Shown here piece after piece: positions 38,012 to 52,440 of a DNA stretch of 64,000 nucleotides. The notes under the pieces were generated by a model that did no database searches, was not told where the DNA came from, and saw only the letters and a program-made list of their open reading frames with translations. The position numbers and the translations under genes were made by a program. This DNA comes from Geosiphon pyriformis uo1 (taxonomy: Eukaryota > Fungi > Glomeromycota): NCBI GenBank assembly GCA_016748015.1, contig JAAOMT010000502.1, positions 496,001 through 560,000 of the forward strand, written 5' to 3'. The number at the start of each line of letters is the position of its first letter. Positions within the stretch are counted from its first letter, which is position 1.

Positions 38012-41000
38012 TGGCCTCATTTGGAAGGTGACCACATGTAATATTAAAGGTATGACAAATTTAGCTAAATAGAAAAACATTGTTTATTAGTATAAAGAAT
38101 CGGGTAATATGATTTCTATTATTACTGAGACAAAATTGAGGTTTAATATTAGATCTTGGATCATAAGTAAGTTTGATGGAATCCAGATTTTTACTATCAG
38201 TTTGGATATGAGTTTTTGTGATATTGGTGTTGTTATAATTATGGACATTTTTTTGGCTTAGCATGTGTTAAAGGTTGAGAAAGTTTCTGGTTATTTGATT
38301 TCTGTGTGCTTTTTGTTCAAAAACAAGCTTTCAGTTACATACTTGAATCTTTATGCTGGTGTATCAGTTGGTATGTGCTTTGGCCAAACTGTTGAAATTA
38401 ATTCTATAATTTCTAAAGCTGTTAATTCCAGTTTTTTTATGATCTTGAGTGGTAATTTTAATGAAAATAGATCTAAAAGAAGTGCAAGCTTCAAGTTTTG
38501 CTTGGGTTTAAACCTGGTTAACACTTTTGATGAACATTTGCTGGCCAAAGTTTCTACTTAAAACAATTTTAAAGGTGTTAAAAAGATGATCAATTTTGTT
38601 TTTGTAAGTAAATATTTGGCATCTGCAGTTACATTGCACAAAGTTGATGATGTGTCAGAATTTTTTGATACAGATTACAAGTCAGTTTCAGTTTCAATTA
38701 GTTTGGGTGGACTCTTGGATGTTTATATTATCAGCACTTACAAGCAAGCCAACCAAGACCAGTAGAGAGATGCAAATAATGTTCAATAGTTAGGCTTTAA
38801 AAACCATTTTTTTGCTGAGTTGTTGGTCAGATCAGGCATGTTTGAAAGTAAAAATGACAATAATGACTTAAATATAATGTAGAAAATGCTAGAAGAAGTC
38901 ATAGTACAAGCTGCTAATGTGGTGTTTCCTAAAATTTAGTATAGTGAGTATGATTGCTCAAGGAATAAATAATTTTCAAAATTCTTCAAATTGAAGCTGC
39001 TTATTGCTAAGATAGTAAAATGTTGGAATTTTGATGATCATCTGAATTTTGACTGCCTTGTAAAAGTCTGATCAGATATTAATAAGATTGAAGCATCCAT
39101 AATTGTTGATATAGTGCTAGATAATATAAACTTAATAGATCTGGTTAAGCATTTGTCAGTAGTAAGGAAAAAGTACAGGAAATTTAAGTATTGTGAATTT
39201 AAGACTGCTGAAGATACAGCCATTAAAAAAGTGATTAACTATTATATGAAAAATTTTTGTTCTGACAAAGAGTGGATAATAAAAAACATTCTAGAGTGTC
39301 TGTTTTGCAAAGTAGTTCTAGATTACTTGATGGTAAATAATGAATTGGTGGTTGAGCCTAATGAGATTAAGCTTAAGATTAATGAGATTATAGAAAGATG
39401 AACAAGGAATCATTCAGTACTTCCAAAAATGCCTGACCTTTGGTTTTGACAATATATGCCTCTGGATTATGTAAATGATAATGCTTTTTTCAGTATAATA
39501 AAAGAGATTAGTATAGCAGAATTGTCTTTGGTTATTAATAGCTTGCCAAACAATAAAGCAGCTAAGTTGTCTAGAATACTTAATGAACTTTAGAAAGATT
39601 ATGATAAAGAAATATTGTTCTGTTTTTGAAAGCTACTAAATTTGTGTTTGAATTTGGGCACAATTACAGCTGCATAGAAGAGAGCATGGGTTTCAATGAT
39701 CCTGAAACTTTATGAATGAAATAGTGTTTTAACAAATACTAAGCCTATCATATTAGTCAATACTGCACATAAAATTTTATCTAAAATTCTTTTTAATTGG
39801 ATATCTTTGGCTTGTAGCACATTTGAGATTCTTCATGGTGATAATTTTTTAGTGTTAAAAAGTACTTTTACCCAGTCTCTTATTTTTGCAATTGGATCTA
39901 TTATTAAGAATGCCCTAGAAAAAAATAAAAAACTTTGGTTGGTACTGCAAAATATGCACAAAGCTTATAATTCAGTAGACTGACATCATTTGAGGGCAAG
40001 CTTGTATCACATCAAAATATGTAAGCAATTCATTCAGTTTTTTGGCAACATTTATGAGAATAGGATTAACAGAGTAATGACTAACTTTGGGCTCTTAGAA
40101 AGTTATAGGATACATAATGTGTTGATTAGAAAAAGGTTTTTTCTTCACTCCTTTGAAGAATTTTTTATGATCTGCTTTTGTGTAAAGTGAAGAGACATGA
40201 ACATTTGTATGGATACAGAATAAATATTTAGTTTGTGGCAAAGTTTGGCAGAATTAAGGCTGTTGAAGAAAAAACTTTTTTTTTGGCTGTTGATGTATTT
40301 GTTGATGATACAATCTGAGTTAGAAGCTGTTAGGCTTCTACACAGTATATTTTGAACATTGCTAATAAGTTTTTTGAGGTCAATAACATCTCAATTAATA
40401 ATAATAAGATGATGGCTATTTCCATTAATTAAGGTGTTAAGAATGCTTCACTGTTAATCAATAGTTTGCCAACTTTGATTGCTAAAAAAGGTAAGTCACA
40501 CTGATATCTGGATATCTTTTTATTGACTAAAGGTCTCTCTAAACCCAGTTTGGCTCAAGCTTATAAAGATGTCAGGTTTTTTTTACTAATGTAGTATTGA
40601 GAAAAGCTATTACAGATAAACAATTTTGTTACTTGGTTTCGGCAGTTTTGCAGTCTATTGTTAGCTTTTATATACAGTTTAGTTTTGTTTCTTTGGGTGT
40701 ATGTCATAAGTAGAATACAATAATTAAGAAGAGTCTTAAGGCCAAGACTGATTTATCACATGATTTTTCCAAAAAGATTTTGTACCATCCATCTCTGTAT
40801 GATTTGAAACCTTTTGAGCAAGTGCAGTCTGACAAAAAGCTGGCTTTACTGATTTTATTCTCCAATGACTATAGTATCTTTGGACATTTATTTGATCATA
40901 GATTTTTAAATTTGCAAGTTTTGGGATGGTCCCCTCTAAATTTTTTACAATTTTTTGTTAAGTTGTGTGTTAGTTCTGTAAACAATTTCTTGGCTGAAGT

Positions 41001-42821
41001 GATAAAAATTTTGCTGGATAATAAGTTATCTTTAATGAACAATCTGCTTAATGTTTTTTATAAACTTAGCAATTTTCTAATATCTGTTATCTTGGATTAA
41101 TCTTTGTATTATAAATCTGTTCTATCATTAAAGTAGTTTGGTATCATATTTGGTAACAGGCTTATAAACAAAAAAGAGAATATAATAGATTAAAAAACAT
41201 TTTGGCATTGGAAATAGTTAGATCCGAGGGGTTTTGTATTTTATTGGTTTATGTTGACATCTGAGTTTATGTGCAATTCTGTTTCTTTGGAGGTTAGAAC
41301 TGCTGTTGTTCTTGGAGAGAATGTGCTTGATGTTCTGGATTCTGGGAAGTTTTTTGATGTTCATAATGGTTTATTGAAAGTGTGGTCTGATTATATTAAA
41401 GTATATACAAATAGGTCTTTAAAAAGTGCTAATTTTAATAAAATAGCAGATGGGGCAGCTACATATATTCCAGCTGTGGATACAGATATTGGAATTAAAG
41501 TAGCTGGACTTATGTCTTCTACTTTGACTGAATTGCAGACTGTTGCTTTGGTCTTGGAATATGTTCTGTCTTCATGCTTTGTAATTCTGTACTTGGATAA
41601 CCAATCTATAATTAATGCCTATATGTTTGAAGCTTCTTTTACTGTGCCTGACTTCTGAAACCAATGTTGGATCAAAAGATTGCAGATAGTTAATCTTCTT
41701 AGAGATAAAGACATTTCTATCAAGTAGGTGAAAGTTAAGAGACATTTTGATGTATTTGACAATGTTAGAACTGATGTATTGGCTAGTGAAACCACATTCT
41801 CACTTTTCTCTTTGCTGGCTAAGATTCAGGAAAGATATTTGGTTGCTGAGAAAACTGCTGTGTCTAACAATGCTTGTTACTTTGTTTGTAATCTGTACCA
41901 ATTCATTTGTCATGCCTATTGGGAAGCTGGTTCTGGTTTTGATATAATTCTAGATGTTATGGTTAGAGAAATTAAGTGGAAAACTACTGCAGAGATTTGG
42001 CATCTGAACTTGCATATGCTTTCTGGATTTACTGGTAGAAAGTTGGCCAATTTGTGTATATATTTGATAAAGATTGTTTATAAATAACTACCAGTAGCAG
42101 TTAGAAAAAGATTGTATAACAGAAGTTATCTTGGGGTGTTGTGCTTGTTGTGTGACAGAGTGGAGTTGTCTGATCATGTTTTTACTTATTCTGGTGACTT
42201 TGGCTTTTGTAGAAACATTCTGGTCGAGGCTGTTAGTAAATGAACATCATTGTCTAATACTTTATGCTCATCTACTTCTGCCATTTTATGGTCGCTTTTT
42301 ATGTGTTTTTTGGATATAAACTTGTATACAGCTATTTGCAAAAGCTTTGTGTTAAGAAATTGATATGCTGAGGCTGTTTTGGTTTTTGAAAAGAAGAAAA
42401 AAGCTGCTCTGGCCCTTGTGAAATTCAGTAGATTTGTGGTGGAATTATACTATACCAAAATGTAAGTTGTCTGAACCAAACACAGAGTGGATATGAAAAA
42501 GGTTGGCTTGGTTGAAAATGATAGTGTAATTTCAGACTTGTCTTATTGTTTAGTTTCTATGTTGTCAGTTGAAGTTGTCTATATGCTTAGGGTTGTAGAA
42601 TTTTTTGCTGTTAGATTTGGTAGATGCAAATTGTGTCATTTTTTTTCTGGTTTAGGTGGTAATATATTTGTTAGCATAGATGTATAGTGTTGTCTTATCT
42701 GGTTCAAGTGGTTGGTCACATATAGTAAGTGTATAAGCTGTGTTTAGTTGGTTCTACTTAGTTTGGTTTTATGTACTAGATAGTAGTTGGACTTCACTCA
42801 TTAAACTTGCAATAAAAAAAA
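38012..42821 (+). mobile_element. 5'-truncated LINE (ORF2 only: EN-RT-RNaseH-CCHC) with poly(A) and 12-bp TSD
   Basis: Begins GLIWKVTTCN; FVDD at ~40298; TSD TAAAAAAAACTT at 38000-38011 and 42822-42833; collinear with 47083-51890. Confidence 0.93.
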
Positions 42822-45292
42822 TAAAAAAAACTTCAAACCAAAAACAAAAATAATGTTTTAAAATTAGAAAAAAATTAGTTAATAATTACTTTATTTAAGA
42901 AAAATACTTCTATAAAATATTTTTAATAATTATAAGTGTTTTATTGATAAAAAAATTATCAAATATTTTAAAATATAAAAAAGTTGTGATTTTTTTATTT
43001 TTTGCTTTGTTTATAGTTATAAAAATATAAAAAAGAATGAATATTAGTATTTTAATTATTATTTAATTCTAAAATACTTTTTTTAAATAATTTTTTATAT
43101 ATTTGAATATTTTTGTTTTTGTTAAATTATTTATTATTTAGTAGATTTTTATTATTAATTAAGTTAAATTTAATTTACTTTAAATTTATTTAAAATACAT
43201 AAATTTTAGTTTAAATTGCTTAAACTATTTAAAATTTAGTTTTAATTGATTAAAATTATTAAAAATTACATATTTAATTATAATATTATAAAAAGTTAAT
43301 AAATAGCAAAAAAAACTATTTTAAATAATAAAAAATAATTAAAGAAAATTTCAATTAAAAAAGTAATTAATCAAATAAAAATTTAATGTAATTAGTTTTA
43401 TAAATATTTTAGTTGTTAATTTTATTAAAAAAATTTAAAAAATAGAAAATGATTTTTACTGTTAACAAAAATTAATAAAATTAATATGATTTTATATTTT
43501 AATTGCTGTTTTTAAAATTCAATAATAAATATTGGTTGTATTTTTTAGTAATTATTTATTTATTAATACTTTTAAAAAATTAACTATTAAAAAATATATA
43601 AAAATTGAATTATTAAATTAAAAACTTAAATTAGTTTTGTTAAATAAAAAATGTTTTTTTATAATTATAAAAAGTTTTATTTAAATATATTAGAAAATAG
43701 TAATTTATAAAAATATAAATAATAATTAATTATATAATTTACAATAATAATTTAAATAAAAAACAACATATATAATAATAATTACTAATTTACTAAATAT
43801 TAATTTATAATAGTAGTAATTATTATTTTAAAATAAAAAAATAATATATTACAATATTTTATATAATTATTATTATTATCTTTATTTAACATATTATTAT
43901 TTAATACAAATAGCTAATTATATGTAAAAAGTATGTAAGTCATACTTAATTTAGATTACTTAGTTTGGTGTATTTGAAGGTTTTTGATGATTTTTTCCAA
44001 ATAATTTGTTTGTAAAATGTTTTTTTATAAAAACAAAAATGGTAAAGTCTTTTTTATAATAATATTAATAATAGTATATTATTAGTTATTTTTAATTATG
44101 TTGTGTAAATTGCTTTTAACTGTTTTTAATTTAATTTGCACTACTTAATTACAATTAATAAAATTTAGTATTGTTTTTTGTTTTTTAGTAAGTTAATAAT
44201 CTTTAATAAAATTAATTTTAAGATGTAATTTTTATCAAACTATTATAATATTAAATTATTTTGTTATAACAGTTAAATTACCAAATTGTTTATTTATTTT
44301 TTTTGGCTGTTCTAAACTAAATACAAATTTTATAAAAAATAAAAATTTTATTATTATTATAATTAAAAGCAATTGGTTTAAATTATTAAAATTTTAAATA
44401 CATAATACTAATTATATTTGACTTTAAATAAAAAAAAATAAGTAGATTTTAATAATAAAAATAAAAAATTTAATTTATAAATTTTGGATTAATACTATTT
44501 TTTATTAAAATTAAAAAAATAAAAGTATAATCAGATTTAATTAGTTTAATTGAGTCTTAAATATTGATTTAAAAAATAATATCTTAATTAAAAAATATTT
44601 TTTTTTTAAATTAAAATTATTTATATATATATATTTTTATTCTATGAAATAAATTTTAAAAGCTTGTTATTTTTACTATTTTTTTATATTATTTTATTAT
44701 TGCTATAGTATAAGCACTTCTAATAACATCAAATATTATATTACTATTAAAAATTTTAATATATGTATTATATAATATATTAAAAAATACAAAAGTAGTT
44801 ATTTTATTTTAAGAATAACTTTTAAAGTTATTTAAAAAACTTTCAAGCTTTTTTTCTATATAAAAACGTGTTTAAAAAACCATTTACTTAATAATTTAGT
44901 TTTTTTTACAACATACTTTAGTATTTTAGAATGTATTTTTTTAAAAAAAAAATAAAAACAAAAAATTGGTTAATTTAAAGTATTTTTTATGATTAAAAAC
45001 TTATTGTTTTTAAGCCATTTTTTATAAAAAATATATTAGTTTATAAATTTTATTAAAAATTATTTAACAATATGTTTTTATTTAAAAAGTTTTTATATTT
45101 TTAAAGTATTTAATATTTTTAAAGTATTTATATTATAATTATAATAAAAAAAAAAACTTCTTTTTCTCTTTTGTCCAAAATTCCCAAAAAAAAGTCAAAA
45201 GTTTTTTCGAAAGAAGTTTTTTTACCATTCAGTACGATAAATCAAAACCATTCTTCAATTACAAGGCCACTGTTGGCTCTGTTATTGCTGTT

Positions 45293-47086
45293 ATGAAAAA
45301 AACTGTTAAAGTTTCCGGTTCTGAGAGTGGTTTTAAGGTGGTTGCATCAAGGAAAAAGAGGAAGGAAGGTGCATTGGCAAAGGGTGTCGATAATAGAAGG
45401 GTTGCTGCTGAAGTTTCTGGTGTTTGTTCATGGAGTTCAGAGACTGGGGACACTACTGAGTTTAAAAGTGTTGATATGGAAGAGGAGTGTCTGGTGGAAG
45501 AGACCAGCTTTGATTATGGTGAAGGTGGTGCTCTGGCTGGTGGAGATTATGATCAGACACCCACAAGTTCAAAAGTTAAAACCAAAAAGGCATTGGGCAA
45601 GCCATTGGAAAAGATTAATTTCTCAAAAAATAGTGATGATAATAGTGTTCTCTCGGATGCTCCTCTTGAGCTCCCTTCTCCTATGAAAAATTTGGTCAAT
45701 GTTCCAGTCAAGAAGTCATTCGCGTTGGATATTGGCTTGGATAAAGTGGCTGGCAAATCTTCTCAGGAAAAGTTTGTGGTGGTAAGGAAATTGTTTTCTG
45801 GAATCAATGGTTTTGGGGGGGTGTCTATCCCCTCAAAATTCTCAGGAATTATCAGAGTGATGTTCACTTTCAAATCGAATCTAATAAAAGCTACTGATAA
45901 GGCTGCGAGTGCAAAGATCCTAGTAAACACCAATCTCAAGAAATCTTCTGGGCAGTCAGATCAGGCTGTGGTCATTAAAGAAATTCCAATTAGGACATCA
46001 GCTGAGGCTGTGCGCGCTGCGCTATCCGAGTTTGGAGTTATTAGGATGATCAAGATGCAATTAATCAAGCTGTGGCAGAAGGCGGTGGTGGAATTCGAAC
46101 AATCAGATCAGGCTGATTTGGTCGCAGCTGAGTGGTCTATTCTAATCAGAAAAGATGCTGTACATGTGGTTAGGGCTGATTCAGACAAGAAAGCATGGGA
46201 TGCAAGGAACCAACATAGGGCATTGCTCTACACATTACCAATGAGAACTAATGCTCATGATATTTAGGACTTTGTTAGAACTGTGGGTGGGAAAACATGC
46301 ATCATTGATTGTCATTCTGTTATGTATGCTCGGGCCAGATGCGCTGTTGTTTGCTTTGACTCTGCTGAATCATTGGATGCTGCTGTGGGAATCACGTTAG
46401 TACTTAGGAACACCAATCTCCGCTGGTCTTGCCTCATTTCTGTTAAATATGCCAAGTGTGAGAAATTGGGTCACACGTCATTAGGTTGTGTGGTTGGTGG
46501 GAAATTTCTTTTTAGTAATTCACTGCATAGGGTTTTTTCGGATACAGATAAAAGCAGGCTGGCAACCATCTATGCCAAACGCTTAGCTCCAGTTGCCTGT
46601 CCAGTCTCTTTTGGTGGTCTCTCTTGGGCAAAGATTGCTTGTGGGTCTTCTTTGCTCTCCTTCTCTAGTCAAAATGTTTTGGTGAATAATGGCTCCTCTT
46701 TGGAGATAAAGCTGCCCCTACTGGTTATGATGGAAGTCGACAATAGGTTTGCCACTCTTGAGCATAGTCTTGCCAGCTTCACGGAGCAAATTAGTAAGCT
46801 GGCTATGAGGTTGAATGCACTTGGGCCAACGGTTTCCCAGTCTAGCCCTGGATGTCAGCCATTGGTGACCCTTTTATCACAGGATCAAGGGGCAGATGTA
46901 GTGATGAGTGAGGGTTTGGGTGCATCCACTGGTGGTGGGAATGTCGCGGGAGTAATGTCTTTTGATATGTCTTCGGTGTCTAAGCTGGAGAACAGCATGA
47001 AGTGTCTAATGAAAATGGTTCTGGGCCTTTCGGCCAAAGTGGATAGTATTGGTGTGTGTTCGGTGTCTTTACCTTTTACTCAATGA
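45293..47086 (+). pseudogene. LINE ORF1 (RRM-like region, Zn knuckle, coiled coil); one in-frame stop
   Basis: 45293-46267 and 46283-47086 share a frame; YAKCEKLGHTSLGC is a decayed CCHC; stop TAG at 46265 from TGG. Confidence 0.9.
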
Positions 47087-50000
47087 GCAGTTTGATCTGA
47101 AAAGTTGCTACATGCAACATCAAGAGCATGAACAATCCTGCTAAGCAGAAGGACATTATTAGGTGGCATAAGAAAATGAACAATATGGTCTTTATCGTTA
47201 TTGAAACGAAATTGAAGAGTAAAGTTTGTCCGTGGATTGCAGATAAGTTCGATGGTGTCCGAGTGTTCACTTCTGGTTTGGACTCTGGTCACTTGGATAC
47301 AGGTGTTGCTATTGTCTTGGATGTTTCTTTGGCTCATTATGTGTACAAGGTTTCTGAGGTGCCTGGTCAGCTCCTGTCCATTAAATTACTTTTCAAGGAT
47401 AAACTTTCTGTATCAATTCTGGGGCTTTATGCTGGTGCCTCTTCGGCAGTTTGGTTCTCTCAGGCTGGTGAAATCAACTCTCTCATTGTGAAGGCTGTCA
47501 ATGAATCTTCTTTTACTGTTCTTGGTGGCAATTTCAATGAAAATGATTCTTATAAGTGTGCAAGTTTTAGGAAATGCCTTGATTTGGGTCTGGCTAATTC
47601 TTTGGTCAGAAGCCCAGCTATTAAAATGCCTACTTGGGCAAACTCTAGGGGTGTTAGAAAAATGATTAACTATGTTTTGGTTTCTTCAAATTTGGTTAAT
47701 GCAATTATACACTGTGGTGTTTCTAATGCTGGTGAATATTTTGAAATGGATCATTAGGCTGTTTCTGTGTCTTTGGGTTTGGTGGTTTGCTGGACGTGCA
47801 GTTAAACTCTCTTCACAAACAGACAAATAGAGATCGTTGGAAGTTTAATTTTAAGGGTGCTAATGATGCGAAATAGAACAAGTTCAGGGGTGTTATGGCA
47901 GCTAATGCTGCCATGTTCTCTGATGATTTTATTGTCTCCTAGCAGTTCTCAGATTTGGATGCGATGTAGGATGTTGTCCACAAGGTAATGGTTCTTTCAG
48001 CTGATGAAGTGTTCAAGAAGAAATGGTTTAAAGACTATGACAGTGTCTTTACTAAGGAATCATCCAGATTTCATAAGTTAGAACTTTTGATTTCAAAGCT
48101 GGTTAAAGCTTCTTAGTCGATTTGTTGTAACAAATTCATTTCACTGTTGAATGTCTGGAGTTCTCTTAACAATGATAATGTCTCTGTAGTCAAATCTCTC
48201 TTTCTCTCTGGTTCTTCTCTTGATACTGTTTGGTCAGCTCTCTTCAAGATCAGAAAAACTTATCGCTCACTTAAAATGGCAGAATCGAGGAATGTAGAGG
48301 AATCTCAGATCAAGTCAGCAATCGAAAAGAGGATGGAAAGTTTTGAACTAAACAAGAGTCACACTATTCAGAGCATCTTGGAGTGCCTTTTTTGTAAGGT
48401 CATTTTAGACCACTTAGTTGTGGATGATGAGCTGATTTTGGAACCTGGTCCTGTGAGATCAAGGGTGGATGATATCATGGAAGGGTGGACTAGGAAGCAT
48501 AGAGTGGTTCCCAATGTTTCTGACATGTGGCATTATCAGTATTGGCCATTGGATTACGTTTTTGATGAGGCTTTTTCTGGTGTTATGCAGCCAATTAAGT
48601 TTTTGGAATTGTTTGGTGTGGTTTCTGATTTGCCTATTAGCAAGGCTGCTGGTCTTTTAGGTATTTCAAATAAGCTGTGGATACATAGTGATAAGTCTGT
48701 TTTGGATATGCTTTTGGTGCTTCTGAATTCTTGTCTGTTTCATGAGTCTGTGTCTGATCCTTAGAGAGAAGCTTGGGTTTTGATGATCCCTAAACCATAT
48801 GAGTGGGAAGGTGTCCTCATAAATACCTGACCAATAGCCTTGATCAAAACGGCTCGTAAGATCCTCTCTAAAATTCTTTCTGACAGGATATTGTTGGCAT
48901 ATAGTACTCATGATATTCTTTGTGGGGATAATTTTTCAGTTTTGAAGAGTACTACTACTCAGACTCCTATTTTTGCTATTAGTTTGGTTATGGAGGATGC
49001 TTTGGAGAAGAATCGGGAGCTCTGGCTGGTGTTGCAGAATATGCGGAAGGCATATGACTCTGTTGGATGGGAGCATCTTGAGAGGTGTTTGGTCAAGATC
49101 AAAATGTGTGGCAAGTTTATTTTTTTTTTTGGCAATATTCATAGAAATCGGACCAATCAGATTATAACAGACTTTGGTTTAACTGATGATTATAGTGTAC
49201 ATGATGGGTTGAACCAAGGGGAAGTTTTTTCCCCTCTTCTTTGGTGCATATTTTATGATCCTCTTTTGTACAAAGTCAAGCATCAGGAGAGTGTATGCAG
49301 GTATAAATTCAATTTCCATTTTATTTCCAGAAGTGGTCACGCTGAATCTCAGGCTGGGTTTTCTACTTTTTTTGCTGCTGAGGCCTTTGTTGATGACACG
49401 ATATGAGTTGGCAGTAGTCAGGCTACTACTCAACATATTCTTAATGTTGTTAGTGAATTTTTTCGAATTAATGACATTTCAATCAATAATGACAAAACTG
49501 TGGCCATTCCTATTAATGCCAGAATTAGCAATCTGTCTCTTTTTATTAGTGGTTCACCCATTTCCGTAACCAAAAAAGGCAAATTTCATTGGTATCTTGG
49601 TATTTTTCTCTCAACTGATGGTCTTTCTAAGCCTAGTTTGGCTAAAGCGCATTCAGACGTTCGTTTTTTTAGTAATTTGGTTCTAAAGAAAGCAGTTTCA
49701 GATAAACAGTTCTTGTACCTGGTGTTGACAGTTCTCCAACCTATAGTCAGTTACAGAATGCAGTTCAGCTTTGTCCTTGTTAGTGTGTGCAACAAGTGGG
49801 ATGCTCTGATTCGCAAGGATTTGAAACTTAAATCTGGTCTTCTTCTCAATTTTCCTAGTGACACGATTCATCATCCTTCCTTTTATGGTCTAAAGTTCTT
49901 CTCACAATGTCAGTCTGAAAGCAAGATTGCTTCACTTATTAGTTTTGCGAACTTCTGTGGGATTTTGGGTCAATTGTTTAGTCACAGGTCTCACAACTTG

Positions 50001-51761
50001 CAAGTTCTGTGCTGGCACCCCATTTATTTATTGAGTTCATCAGCTCATATCTGTGTCAGTGTTTCTAATAATTTTTTGTCGGGTATGGTATGCATTCTTC
50101 TTGAATGCAATTTGTCTTTAGGTGGCTTCTTAACCAGTTCTTTTCGGTTTCATGATGGGGTGCCTATGTCTGCTATTTTGGACAAATCCCTGTTTTTAAA
50201 ATACTTGTCTTCTCTCCGGCATTATGGCATTGCCTTTGTGGATCAGCTTCAGAATCGTCATGGGGATATCTTTAACTGGTACACTTTTAAGCGGTAGAGG
50301 AAACTGGATCCTTGTGGCCTGGTTCCTGAGTGGTTCGGGTGCTCTGTTGCATTTCTCAGTGGTGTGCCTCCCTTTCTATTGGCCTTAAGTAGTGTTGGCC
50401 TTGCGGACATTTGTGGTTTTGATGGTTTTGTGTCTGTATGTGATCGTCTTTCTCAGGTTGGCACTGATAGTTTGTCTGTGTATACAGATGGGTCAGTAAA
50501 AAATTTGGGCATGACTGGTTGTAGGGCCGGGGCTGCTGCCTTTTTTGAGGACATTGACTTGGGTTTGGGTGTCTGTGTTCAGAGTCTGATGTCATCTACT
50601 TTGGCGGAGTTGCAGGCTGTAGCATTGGCTCTGGAATGCATACCTGTAGATCATTCTGTTCGTCTGTTTTTGGATAGCCAGGCAGCTTTGGATGCTTGCA
50701 AGTCGGAGGTTGACTTGGTGTGTCCTGACTTTCACAATTGTTGTTGGGTTAAGCGCCAGCATATTAGGAATGTTATACACAGAAAGAATTTGAAGGTTAG
50801 CTGGCACAAGGTTAAGGGCCACTCTGGTGTGTTGGGAAATGATTGCACTGATAGCATTGCTGACACTGCAGCTCTCTTTGATTGGTTTCTCTCTTCTCAT
50901 GTAACTGAACGGTTTTTGTTGGCGGGTGGTGGTATTGTTTCAGGCAATTCTAGACACTTTGTTTGTGATGTTTTTTGTTCTGTCTGTTGGGTGCGCTGGG
51001 AGGTTGGTTCCAGTTCTGGGTTCCTAGCTGGTGATTTGTGCTCGGATGTCAATTGGCTTGCCTCTTCCAAAGTTTGGCACCCTAATTTGCATATGACGAC
51101 TGGTTTCACCAGCAGATGCACTGCTAATATTTGTACTTACTTCATAAAGGCCTTGTACTGTCGGCTTCCCATGGCTATTCAAAAACGTGTTTATGATAAA
51201 TGTTATTCTAGTGTTTTGTGTCTGTATTGTGGTGAGGTGGAGGTGTCTGATTATGTGTTTTCTTGTGTTTTTGATGATGCGGCTTGTTGTTGGGTTTTGG
51301 AATTCTATATGTTTTCTTGGAAGGTGCTTTCTGGTCTCTCCCTCCTTGCTTCAAGCATTTTACAACTGCTATTGGCCTGTGTCTCGGATTTCCTAGTGTT
51401 CTCAACTCTTTGCAAGAGTTTTGTTTTCAAAGAATGGCTTCAGAAGGCTGTTTCCATCTTCCATGTTCCCAAAGTTGCTGGCATTAAAATTGCTGATTTT
51501 GTTTGTTCTATTTGTGTTGCTTTTAGGAGTGATATTTGGTTGGTCTGTGCTAAGCATCGTGCTTACATGGAAAGAAATGGTCTGATCCTGGTGGATGGCT
51601 CAGTTCCCATCTCAATTTCTGGTTTAACTTCGAGATTCTCGGATGGTGTGGTTAAACTGCTTGGTGTTACTGAAGCTTTTGGCATCCGTTTTGGCTTTCA
51701 CAAATCTTGCTCTTTTTTTTCAGGTATTGGTGACCCGGTTTCAATTAATATAATTGCATAG
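47083..51761 (+). pseudogene. LINE ORF2: AP endonuclease, reverse transcriptase, RNase H, C-terminal Zn finger
   Basis: ATCN, ETK, LGGNFN; KAYDSV, GLNQGEVFSPLL, AFVDD; VYTDGS, AELQA, LDSQ, KVKGHSG..N; CLYC..E. One frameshift near 47780 and about 10 stop codons. Confidence 0.93.
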
Positions 51762-52440
51762 TGTTGTCCTGACTGGCTTGAGTGGCTGGTCACATGTAGA
51801 CAGTGCATAATTCATGCCTAGTTTAGATCATTTCTTTGATGTATAGTTCTAGGTAATGTTTGGACTTCACTCGTTAAATGATAATAAAAAATTATAATTT
51901 GTTATTATTAGCTATTTAGCAAAAACTAATATTAATAATACTAATATTATTAATTAGTATATTATAGATTACAGAAGCTTTAAATTAATTAATAGACAAT
52001 CAAACTTTTAAAAACCAATTAAATTTAAAGCCAAAGTTTTTATTTAATTTTTTAATAATTTTAAACACTAATTTTTCTAATTTATAAAACTTAAAAAATT
52101 GTTTATTTCTATTAAAACCAACTTTTTAAATCAAAATTTAACAAATATTATATTAATAAACAAGTATAAAATATTTTTAAAAAATTAAGTTAAATATTAA
52201 TAAACTATTAAACCAACAAAAACAGTTTTATAATTAATATTAAAAAACTTAAATATTTATATATATACTATTTAATAATAGTAATAAACAAAAATTCATT
52301 AGCAAAACTATAATTAAAAACTTTTTTTACTTCTTTAAAATTGTATTAAGTCAAAATTTTATTATTAAACTGTCAATAAAAATATTATATAATCTTAAAT
52401 TAAAATATTTTTTAAAATTAATATTAAAAATTTTGAATAA

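Larger units (their letters stand above)
45157..51891 (+). mobile_element. Near full-length LINE retrotransposon with RNase H
   Basis: 5' UTR, ORF1, ORF2, ~120-nt 3' UTR and short A tail. The 5' boundary is approximate. Confidence 0.95.

Noticed and set aside
43900-44060. Possible IS607 TnpA HTH remnant upstream of Fanzor relic 2
   Set aside because: Too degraded; no YARVS-type catalytic motif can be supported by eye.
45132-45140. TSD ATTATAATT for the 45-52 kb LINE (also at 51891-51899)
   Set aside because: Low-complexity 9-mer in very AT-rich DNA; a chance match is likely.
51762-51891. Self-cleaving ribozyme in the LINE 3' UTR
   Set aside because: No hammerhead, HDV, twister or pistol core in the correct order.
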